Below, in pieces: positions 26,727 through 35,800 of a stretch of 64,000 nt of DNA. The notes under the pieces were generated by a model. It ran no database searches. It worked only from the letters and a program-made list of their open reading frames with translations, and was not told where the DNA came from. This stretch comes from a virus. The position numbers and the translations under genes were made by a program. The DNA lies in the IMG/VR virus record IMGVR_UViG_3300017767_000005. The stretch is one strand, 5' to 3'. Every line of letters starts with the position of its first letter. Position 1 is the stretch's first letter.

Positions 26727-28949
26727 ATGATAGTGGATGCAGTAGGCCGGAACAATGTCGTAGTTAGACACAGGGATGCAGACGGTAAGCGTGTCGAAAC
26801 CACGATTACTGACTTTTATCCTTATTGTTATGTTGAGGATGAATCGGCTGAGTATGTTGAAGGTGCTAAGGAACAGGGTTACAAGGGAGTGTTTGGCGAA
26901 TCGCTGACTAAGGTAACTGTTAGGTCGTCTGATAGTATTAGACGAATCAAGGAGATTGGCCCAACATGGGAAGCGAATATCCCGTATGTCAACCAAGTTT
27001 TAGCGGCTAAAGTAAAGCGTGGTGATGAGCCATTTGCACCGTATGAACACCGAGTTTGGTATCTCGATGGTGAATGGAAGATAAGCACAGGCGAAATCAC
27101 TATGCTTTCAGTCTATGATAGTTTTACGGAAAATCTATACTCATGGGTTATGATAGGTGGTATCGGTGCAGGTAAATACAAGTCTTTGTTGGATGCCAAC
27201 AATAACTCGTATGAATACGATACTCCGGTTCTTGCGTTTGAAACCGAGCGTGAATTGTTACAACACTTTGTTGGATTTATGCGTAAACAAGACCCCGACA
27301 TTATCACCGGATGGTATGTCGCAGGTGCGGATATTAAGCAAATCGTCAAGCGTTGTCAAGCGGTTGGGGTCAAGGCGCAGTTAATGTCGCCTTACAACCG
27401 TTTGCGGTATGACTATGGCGATTGGTCGCAACCTATTGTTGGGAGAAATGTAATTGATTTGATGCAAGCATTCCCTAAGTTATGGGAATTGAAGAATGGT
27501 AAGTTAGGCGGTTACAAATTAGACAATGTAGCAAAGGAATGTTTAGGGGAAAGTAAAGTCGAGTTGCCCGATGGTCACGACACATATTATTCCGACCCTG
27601 TTCTGTATCTCGATTACAACAGACAAGATGTTGCTTTACTCCCAAAACTAAATGCTCTTGTCAACGCGATTGAATACTTCATAGCGGTTCAACACATCGT
27701 TCAGTGCGATATTGCTACTACTCCTTTTGTGACAAAAGTATTTACTTGTTTGACATTGTGTGACCCCGAAGTGGATTTCCAAATCCCATCCAAACCTATA
27801 TTTGACAAGGTGAAATACGATGCGGCTATTGTTCTCGATGCGCCACAGGGAATACACCGCAACATAGGTATCTTTGATGTTAAAGCCATGTATCATAGTA
27901 ATGTGAACCTTCACAACATATCATGGGACACACTTGACGCAAATGGCAAGGATTGTGGTAACGGTACTTGTTTCACCCAAGATAAACAGGGTTTGCTTGG
28001 TCGTCAAATGGATAACATGACAAAATTGCGTGACAAATACAAGGCTTTGCTCAAGGGTGCTAAGACCGATGAGGAAAGGGTGCGTTATGACGCATTACAG
28101 TACGCTACGAAGTCTTTAGTGGCTTCGATGTATGGTTGTGCCGGTGACGCAAAGTATGGCCTCTATCACCCCGATATAGCGTCTGCTATTACTCATGCTT
28201 CAAGGGAAACATTGTTGAAGTTAAAGTCGGTTGCTGAATCTCATGGTTTTCCCGTAGTGTACGGACATACTGATTCTGTTATGTGCGAGATACCTTCTGT
28301 CGAAAAGGGTCTTGCTGAATTGGATTCTATTAACGAACAAATGAGTCCTATTATCGTACAGTTTGAGAAGTGGTCGTCAACATTCCTTTTGATGGGTAAG
28401 AACCGATATTGTGGTCTTGTTGAATGGACTGATGGTGAACACCATGACCCGAAGCGATATGTCAAGGGAATTGAGTTGAAGCAATCTCGTATGCCCGAAA
28501 TAATGAAAGAATCAATGGGTAAAGTAATTGATGGTATTCTCAACAATACAGATTCGGTAAAAGTAACTGATGAATTGTGTGATTTGATAGACAGTATTGT
28601 TAGCGGTAAAATAGACCCGCTTGAATTGTGTATGAAGGGCAAACTAACTAACGATTTAGAGAAGTATAAGAGTATCAGTGGTGCGGCGGCTGGCGCGCAG
28701 TGGGCTAATCGTACATTAGGTAAGGGCTACCGCAAGGATGATTACTTCTTGTGTGCTATCGACCCAAAAGGTAACTATATTGCCTTCGACCACCCAAGCG
28801 AAATAGAGGGTATTACTGAAATCGGCTATCGCACTATGGTTGAGCGTTTTATTATCAGTAAAGTAAAGCCATACTACGAAGTCGCAAATTGGGATATGAC
28901 CGCACTTCTTATCTCTATGGATGGTAAGAAGAATACTATGTGGATTTAG
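26727..28949 (+). CDS. polB: Family B DNA polymerase
   Basis: Exo motifs (LDGE, DPDIITGW, YNRQD); FDVKAMYHS, K...SMYG, YGHTDS, KNRY. Confidence 0.95.
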   Translation: MIVDAVGRNNVVVRHRDADGKRVETTITDFYPYCYVEDESAEYVEGAKEQGYKGVFGESLTKVTVRSSDSIRRIKEIGPTWEANIPYVNQVLAAKVKRGDEPFAPYEHRVWYLDGEWKISTGEITMLSVYDSFTENLYSWVMIGGIGAGKYKSLLDANNNSYEYDTPVLAFETERELLQHFVGFMRKQDPDIITGWYVAGADIKQIVKRCQAVGVKAQLMSPYNRLRYDYGDWSQPIVGRNVIDLMQAFPKLWELKNGKLGGYKLDNVAKECLGESKVELPDGHDTYYSDPVLYLDYNRQDVALLPKLNALVNAIEYFIAVQHIVQCDIATTPFVTKVFTCLTLCDPEVDFQIPSKPIFDKVKYDAAIVLDAPQGIHRNIGIFDVKAMYHSNVNLHNISWDTLDANGKDCGNGTCFTQDKQGLLGRQMDNMTKLRDKYKALLKGAKTDEERVRYDALQYATKSLVASMYGCAGDAKYGLYHPDIASAITHASRETLLKLKSVAESHGFPVVYGHTDSVMCEIPSVEKGLAELDSINEQMSPIIVQFEKWSSTFLLMGKNRYCGLVEWTDGEHHDPKRYVKGIELKQSRMPEIMKESMGKVIDGILNNTDSVKVTDELCDLIDSIVSGKIDPLELCMKGKLTNDLEKYKSISGAAAGAQWANRTLGKGYRKDDYFLCAIDPKGNYIAFDHPSEIEGITEIGYRTMVERFIISKVKPYYEVANWDMTALLISMDGKKNTMWI

Positions 28950-28998
28950 ATATAGTTAAATACATAGGCGTATTGGGTTTTAATAGAGGGACAGTCAA

Positions 28999-29343
28999 AT
29001 GACAGACGGATTCCGTTCACCCAAAAAATTATCCGGCAAACAATTGACTGACCAAGTTTCTTTGATTAACGCTAGATTAGACCTACTAACAAACGCTATG
29101 GCGGCAGATGTTCAGCGACTCAATGTTCTTCTTTTCAGTTATTTTAAGGAAATAGGTAAGGCCGAGGAAATCAGATGTGAGAAGTGTGGAGTTTCCAACA
29201 TCAGACCACATATTGAAGGTATTGAGATTGACCCTCGGTGTGTGAATTGTGGCGCACTTATTGAAGATTTACCGGATGAAGCATTTACTGACCCTGCGGT
29301 TATGGATGAGGCAGAAGGTGAACCTAACGATGAAGAGTCATAA
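28999..29343 (+). CDS. Zinc-ribbon protein with acidic tail
   Basis: CEKC...CVNC. Confidence 0.7.
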   Translation: MTDGFRSPKKLSGKQLTDQVSLINARLDLLTNAMAADVQRLNVLLFSYFKEIGKAEEIRCEKCGVSNIRPHIEGIEIDPRCVNCGALIEDLPDEAFTDPAVMDEAEGEPNDEES

Positions 29344-29408
29344 ACAATTATAACTCTCAACACTTAAATAACAATAGTATAGTGGTTAATTTACAAGAAG
29401 TGATTATC

Positions 29409-29798
29409 ATGGCACGAAATAATACAATATCGGCAACATTCAGCCAAGCATCCGGTGACGGCGCAAGCGGTTACACCGAGTCCTCCGGTTCTAAATCTTT
29501 TACATCGGGCGATTCAGTCAAAATCGAAGGCACAATTTCTCATAGTGGTGCTACTGTTTATTTGGCAAGCGATTACGGTTTGGCTCAATGTGATGGTATT
29601 TACCTTGAAAACCGTGATTCAACAAACTTCATTACTTGTGTTCTAAAGGATGCTTCGGACAATGTTCTAAGCACATTGAAGATTGCACCCGAAGGTGTTT
29701 TCATGGTTCGTTTAGATGCAGATATGACGGCTGTTGCCAAAGTTTCTTTGATAGCAGATACCGCACCATGCGAGTTTGTTCTTTGTGTTTCGGAGTGA
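29409..29798 (+). CDS. Beta-rich protein resembling a virion component
   Basis: Ser/Gly/Thr-rich beta composition unlike its neighbours. Confidence 0.6.
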   Translation: MARNNTISATFSQASGDGASGYTESSGSKSFTSGDSVKIEGTISHSGATVYLASDYGLAQCDGIYLENRDSTNFITCVLKDASDNVLSTLKIAPEGVFMVRLDADMTAVAKVSLIADTAPCEFVLCVSE

Positions 29799-29803
29799 TT
29801 TGA

Positions 29804-30004
29804 ATGTCAAGAACAAGACAGGACTTGGCTCGATTACAAGCCATGTGTAAAGACTTCGGTAAAGTTTCCCCTAAAGAATGGCCGGAAGGTCTTGTTGGTG
29901 TTGGGCCGGATATGCGCGCTTGGGTTCGCTCTCAAGAAGATGCACCAAAGGCCGCGCCTAAGAAGGCCGCATCCAAGCCAAAAAAGGTCGAAAAGGCTGA
30001 ATAG
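29804..30004 (+). CDS. Small protein with Lys/Ala/Pro tail
   Basis: PKAAPKKAASKPKK. Confidence 0.6.
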   Translation: MSRTRQDLARLQAMCKDFGKVSPKEWPEGLVGVGPDMRAWVRSQEDAPKAAPKKAASKPKKVEKAE

Positions 30005-30039
30005 GCAAGTTTATATACCCCCTCGTACTATGTATATAC

Positions 30040-30948
30040 ATGGGCGAGAGAGCATCCACCTACAACCCCCAAGAGGTTACTGACGAAGTAGTGCTACGCG
30101 TTAGCAAGTCGTCATTCCTTCAATACAATATGTGTCCTAGACAGTATGCGTGGAATAAGATAATGCTACCGGATTTGCAGATACCCGTATCAGATGCGGC
30201 TATTCGTGGAACGGCCATACATCAAGTCATGGAGGATGCACTAAGGGACATTACAGACGATACTAAAACAACCCTAAAGGTAACTGCTGACAATCCGGTA
30301 TGGCGTGGTACTCCTTGGGATAATTTATTTGATTCTCACGCTATCGCTCAAGATGTTGAGTTAGATGATGGAGTGGATAGTCTAAAGGAAATACTTGCTT
30401 CTATCATTGAGGATTGGGGCGAATTGGAAATCGTTGAATTAGAGGATAAGCACGAAATCCCATACACCGTTGAATGGACTCACGAAGGCGGCACAGGTCG
30501 AACCGATTGTGTGCTTGTTGGTATGATTGACGGTGTGTTCCGTATGCCTAACGGTAACTTGGTAGTGGTTGAATTAAAGACGGGTAGTGCTAACAATGGC
30601 AAACTATCCCGTACTCGCAAGGAATTGTGCTTCTATCGCAAGTTACTCATGCTCAAGGGTTACGATGAACCAACACACTTCTTGACTATATTCCCCGATG
30701 CAGACGACCCTAAGTTTTTGAGTCAAATGATGAATAAGAAGAAGGCCGAAGTTTACATGGGTGAAATGAAAGGACTAGCCGTTCTTGAGCCGGTTGGAAC
30801 ACGAAGTATTAATGCTATGGAGAATACATTAAGTAACAGTGTGAAGGGTATAATCTCGCAAGAGTGGCCTATCAAATGGAATGAATACTTTTGCACCCAA
30901 TGGTGTGAGTTTCACTTATCATGTAATGAAGAATTGTTGGAGGCATAA
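30040..30948 (+). CDS. PD-(D/E)XK (Cas4/RecB-like) exonuclease
   Basis: CPRQY, GTAIH, GMIDG, VELKTG, ELCFY, CTQWCEF..C cluster. Confidence 0.85.
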   Translation: MGERASTYNPQEVTDEVVLRVSKSSFLQYNMCPRQYAWNKIMLPDLQIPVSDAAIRGTAIHQVMEDALRDITDDTKTTLKVTADNPVWRGTPWDNLFDSHAIAQDVELDDGVDSLKEILASIIEDWGELEIVELEDKHEIPYTVEWTHEGGTGRTDCVLVGMIDGVFRMPNGNLVVVELKTGSANNGKLSRTRKELCFYRKLLMLKGYDEPTHFLTIFPDADDPKFLSQMMNKKKAEVYMGEMKGLAVLEPVGTRSINAMENTLSNSVKGIISQEWPIKWNEYFCTQWCEFHLSCNEELLEA

Positions 30949-30950
30949 GA

Positions 30951-31097
30951 ATGAGTAAAGATGGTTGTCCTAAGTGCGATAGTGGTATGGTTGCCACCGA
31001 GGAAATGTTCTTAGTTACAGGCGAGGTTGACGGATTAAGGCAAGCACAGATAGTCCACACTTGTATGTCATGCGGCCACAAATGGGCGGGGAAGTAA
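30951..31097 (+). CDS. Zinc-ribbon microprotein (48 aa; not in ORF track)
   Basis: GGAGG SD; CPKC-x28-CMSCGHKW; TAATG-coupled to the primase. Confidence 0.65.
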   Translation: MSKDGCPKCDSGMVATEEMFLVTGEVDGLRQAQIVHTCMSCGHKWAGK

Positions 31098-32104
31098 TGA
31101 GTTTACTATCATTCCCAAGAGAGGTTGGTTTGAAGAGAGCAGTATGCAACGACCAACAACAATACCGTAATTATATCACAAAACTAAATGGTAAGGCTAA
31201 CATTTACACTTCACTATACTCGTTTAGGGATAAGGACAGAAATGCACCGTGGAAGTTTGATACTACAAGCGCAATCATAGATAGGGCTTGGTGGGACTTT
31301 GATGCTGGCGAACAGGGCGGAATTGAACAGGTGAAGCAAGATGTCGCTAAATTACTCTCACGACTTGATGGCGACATACGGCTTGTGGCTACGGGTCGAG
31401 GGTTCCATGTTCACCAACTCTTCTCACGCCCCGTTATCGGCATTCAATTCCACAAACACTTGGCGCGATACCAAAAGATGAAAGCAAGTGGGTTAGCAAC
31501 TCTTGATGGGTTTGCTTTTCCGGCAAAACTAACTCGCATACCAAATACATTCAACGCTACTCGCCAACGATGGGCGGTCTGCATACCTACACAAGCATTC
31601 GCATCCGACCCTTTGGGATTCGCGATACCTAAGAAGCCGGTTAGGGAATACTTCTCGGAATGTCCTTTCGGTGGTCGCAAGAATACAAGCACATTTGACT
31701 TGGTTAAGTGGGCTAACGACAACCCTGCACATGAGGTCGAGTTGCCAAAGTTTGACGGTGACATCAGTAGTGCCGGAGAAGTGCCGATTATGCCTTGTTT
31801 AGAGGGGGCTATACGCCACGAAAACCCTAAGCATGAAGTAAGGGTAGCCCTAGTGCAACACATGGCACAGGAGTTACGCTGGTTCGCCGACCCGCAAAGC
31901 GTCCCTCCCGAACAAAGGGCTGAAATCGAAGATACAATCTTTGAATACATCAAGTCTTTGGGATGGCGTGATTTTAAGGAAAATCTAACTCGTATCGGTA
32001 TCAAGACCAATATGAATTACGACAACGCACCTTCTTGCAGATGGTTCAATTTGAGAGGAATGTGCAAGGGTAAGTGTTGGAGATATGACGGCAGTATCAG
32101 TTAA
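31097..32104 (+). CDS. priS: Archaeo-eukaryotic primase, PriS fused to a PriL-like Fe-S domain
   Basis: WWDFDA, TGRGFHVH, RIPNT; C-terminal PCLE...H..R...SC...C.G.C. Confidence 0.85.
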   Translation: MSLLSFPREVGLKRAVCNDQQQYRNYITKLNGKANIYTSLYSFRDKDRNAPWKFDTTSAIIDRAWWDFDAGEQGGIEQVKQDVAKLLSRLDGDIRLVATGRGFHVHQLFSRPVIGIQFHKHLARYQKMKASGLATLDGFAFPAKLTRIPNTFNATRQRWAVCIPTQAFASDPLGFAIPKKPVREYFSECPFGGRKNTSTFDLVKWANDNPAHEVELPKFDGDISSAGEVPIMPCLEGAIRHENPKHEVRVALVQHMAQELRWFADPQSVPPEQRAEIEDTIFEYIKSLGWRDFKENLTRIGIKTNMNYDNAPSCRWFNLRGMCKGKCWRYDGSIS

Positions 32105-32136
32105 TGTTTATATGACAACCGGCTTGTGTTTATATC

Positions 32137-32856
32137 ATGGTTCTTCTTATTGATAGGAGAGAAAACGAATTACTAATCCATAAATTATTAATTAAGATGG
32201 GTGATGTTAATAATGACCCAAAAGGACAGGCTCAAGTATTACATCTAACTTCGGGCGATTACATACTTGGAGATTGGGGGATAGAGGCAAAGGAAATCAA
32301 TGACTTGTATCGTAGCATTCTCGGTATCGGCAGAAACGGCAGAACCGTTGTTCACCAACTGCACGAATTATGCGAACAGTTTGACAAACCATTCTTGGTA
32401 GTTTACAACACTGAATTGAAGCCTTACTTTCATGGTCGCAGACCAAGTGCAAAACAAATATCAGATGAGCGCAAAAAGATGATGGCGATAATCAAATCTT
32501 TCAAAATGACAATGCACCAACGATTTCCCAAGTTACATTTCTTGCAACTAAACACTATGGATGATTTCGTGGATTGGTTATACACTAATCATAGACAGAA
32601 CATTATTTCTAAGGTAAAACTAAATACAATCAACAAACCTGCGCCCGTAGTTAGACATGACGATAATCGCGTCAAGACCTTAATGAATTGCGGGATTAGT
32701 GACAAACAAGCCGAGTCGCTTCTCGCACACTACGGTAATTTAACGGTTATTTTACGCAAAGGTACTAAGCAGAAGGAAATGATGTCCGTTGCCGGTATAA
32801 CTCGCAAACAAGCGAAGTCTATACTTTCTCTAAGGGATAATTTCAACGCAAATTAA
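32137..32856 (+). CDS. ERCC4 (XPF/Hef)-type nuclease with HhH
   Basis: IDRRE, GDYIL, IEAKEINDL, C-terminal HhH VAGITRKQA. Confidence 0.85.
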   Translation: MVLLIDRRENELLIHKLLIKMGDVNNDPKGQAQVLHLTSGDYILGDWGIEAKEINDLYRSILGIGRNGRTVVHQLHELCEQFDKPFLVVYNTELKPYFHGRRPSAKQISDERKKMMAIIKSFKMTMHQRFPKLHFLQLNTMDDFVDWLYTNHRQNIISKVKLNTINKPAPVVRHDDNRVKTLMNCGISDKQAESLLAHYGNLTVILRKGTKQKEMMSVAGITRKQAKSILSLRDNFNAN

Positions 32857-35800
32857 ACGCACTGTTCGATTTGCCTTTAGTGCTGAACCTTTGGAAATTA
32901 ACTTTGACATTGTGAATCACTACCGATGAGTAACTTGCATCATCATCACCACTACCCGGAGTCCTCTTGATACTTACTTTCACGGTATTTCCTTTTGTAA
33001 CAACCCCTTGTAATGGTATTGTTCCCATTAAAGTAACTTGCGTGTTAGATTTGTTACCTGCTATGCTGAATGTTCTCGACTGTTTTTGAGAAGTTTCGAC
33101 ACATTCCACTTCAACGGTTAGAACAGCAATAGAAGAGGCCGTTCCTCCCATAGTGTAAAGCGCATCAACGGAAACCATTTCGTCTGAAACATCATCCGGT
33201 ACACGAACCTTGATTGACTGTGTGTGAGTCTGTCTGTCCGATACATCGGGGTCAACAAGTCCCGGTAAAACAAACCCTTCGTTGGTTGTAGTAGCCGTTG
33301 AAGAAGATGGCGTACTTAGAGCATCTAAGCCTTCAACTCCCCTTTGGGTATTCTTAGGAACCGGAGGCTTCTTCTGACCTAATAGTGTGAATCCACTACC
33401 TTCTGAACCCATGTCCTGTAAATCCATTCTTCCGGCTAAGTTGGAATGTGTTGATAGATTAAAGTTATTACCGGATATATTTTGGGAAAAAGAACCTTGG
33501 CTATTGAATCCGGTTGTTCCACCTTGATACAAAGGAGGGGTGTATGTAGTGCTACCAACTGCACCGCCAAAAGTACCACCACTGTAAGCACCTGTCGGTA
33601 TATTTGGTGAAGGGTTTTGTGGCGCATCGAGAATAATATGCTTGTGACCGCTACCGCCTGTGCTTACCCCTCCCCTTGTTGCGTAAGGTGTGCTTTGTAT
33701 GGCTTTTGTTGTGTTAGGATAAAGATACGACGCTAAACCGCCTGGGTCTTTGCTTTCATCTCTTTCTAATTTCAACTCGACACTTTCGACATCTCTTTGA
33801 TTTACTTGCCACCTAATATCTTGAATAACCATAGGTTCGCTACTTAGACCTAATCCACTATCTGTCATTGTGACATTAGTAGCAGGTCGCCAACGCAAAT
33901 CATCGACTATGTGTATTCTCGGTGCATACCAAAAGTTACGGGTATCGTATGCGCCTGTCATGTTGGAATACTGTCTGACACCTATTGGGAATAGACTATC
34001 TGCGCTTGTGGTCGCAAAGTTACTTATGCCGGACAATCCTATGTCGTGTGCATTGTGTAGGATTCCCGAACCCGTTGGGCTTCCACACCTTCTTCTCAAC
34101 AACGCTCTAAGGTATTCACAATCAACGGATATTACAAACTTAGCACCACTCGGTTTACCACTACTCCAATATGATGAAGGTATGTCAATTTCATACAAAC
34201 CACTATATTTTACATTTAGGCTTGTTGATGATGAACCCGCAACATCAAATTGGGGTGCATAACTTACTGTTGCACCACCAACGGGGGCAGTAAAGGGATT
34301 TGGTGCATTATTAAACTGACAATCACTGATATATATTGTAAACTCGGCATTGTCAATATCTGTTCCCGATTGACCGTCTTTCAACGCTATATACATACGC
34401 AAATTATCTCCGTAAGATTGGCTTGCTTTAGGGCAGTTAGCAGGTATGAAAACCATTTGAGCCGCATGGGAAATAGAGTTTGCACCCCACCAATGATACT
34501 GTTCATTGTAAGGAACACTGTCACCATCACCCGCGCCGTGTGGCAAGAATCCGTAACCGAATCTATCTCTCTTTAATGTGTCACCGTTTGCTGGCGCACT
34601 ACTCAAATGTCCGTCAAGAGCATTTACCATTCCGGGAAATAGACTACCGGATTGTGGGCTAGACCACATATAATTGTAATACTGTGTTGGCGCAGGGGGC
34701 AAACTACCCGAAGCGACCATAACGCTTCTTGCGGTAACTCCCCTTTCACACCATCGCGATACATCAGCAACATATCCTGTTCTGCCGCCGGATAACATCT
34801 TGTCGTCAAATGTTTCATCCCTTAGAACCTTTCCTTTAATTGAAAGACTTTTTGTTTTAGCCTTATTGTATTCTTCTTGCGCTAACGATAATGCTTCGTT
34901 GCGACTTGTTGCTTCGGGTATTTCTAAGATTTTCCAACGGTATGTTTGATTTAGTGTTGGTTCGGGGAAATCGGCAAACGAAGCACCACCGTTGTAATAC
35001 ACTCTAACATTGGTTATGTGGCCGGACATTTTTGCGTTAAGGGTATTAGAGGAAAAAGATGTTCTTGTCAAACCTTCACCGCAATTGTAAGCAGGTCTAA
35101 TTTCTAACTTGTTATCTTTTCCGATAAAGTAAGTTATCGGCAATCTTTTTGTGTTTGTGTAACCATAACCTGTCGATTCAGCCGACTCTTTAACGAATCC
35201 TAACAAACTCTTCCCTCCCCTCATATCAATGACTGAACCAAAGGAGTCAAAGTTAGATGATGTGCCGTCAGTAGTCATTTGGTAGTAATTAGGTATTGAA
35301 CCAATATCATACCAACAAGGGATTGAGGCTTGGGTTAGCCAACTGTTTGAGAAACAAAAAGACCACATATACCGCATCTTATCGTGAAGCCAATATGTGC
35401 CTATGTTTGGAGTTTCGATATGACCTGTGATAGAAGTTAAGAATCTCAAGGCATACCTACTGCTTAGAGTTGACATAACCACTACTTCATCAAATGCACC
35501 GCTTGTTCCTTTTGCGCTACTGTTAGTTTCAGCATTCACCGCTATTGGGGTAGTTGAACCCGATGTCCTTAGAGTCGGGTGTGTTCCGGCTTGCACCAAT
35601 AACTCATATGCTTCATCATTAGTGTAGTTGTTACCGGAATCTGAAAATATGTAACAACCCGCCAATTGTTGCGGCACTGATATTGTGTCATTGACCGCCA
35701 CTGTTGTTCTTATTGAACCTGTTTCTTGGACTATTTTAGCGGGGTCAACATGGATATTAGTACCATCAACTATTAGTACGGGTGCGACCCACTTAGCAGT

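Noticed and set aside
26727-28949. Intein or intron in PolB (also checked the helicase and TerL)
   Set aside because: Lengths are normal and no splice-junction or homing-endonuclease motifs are visible.
30040-30948. Cas4-like gene as part of a CRISPR system
   Set aside because: No other cas genes and no repeat-spacer array; it sits in a normal viral replication context.
31444-32010. 188-aa minus-strand ORF
   Set aside because: Antisense to the primase.
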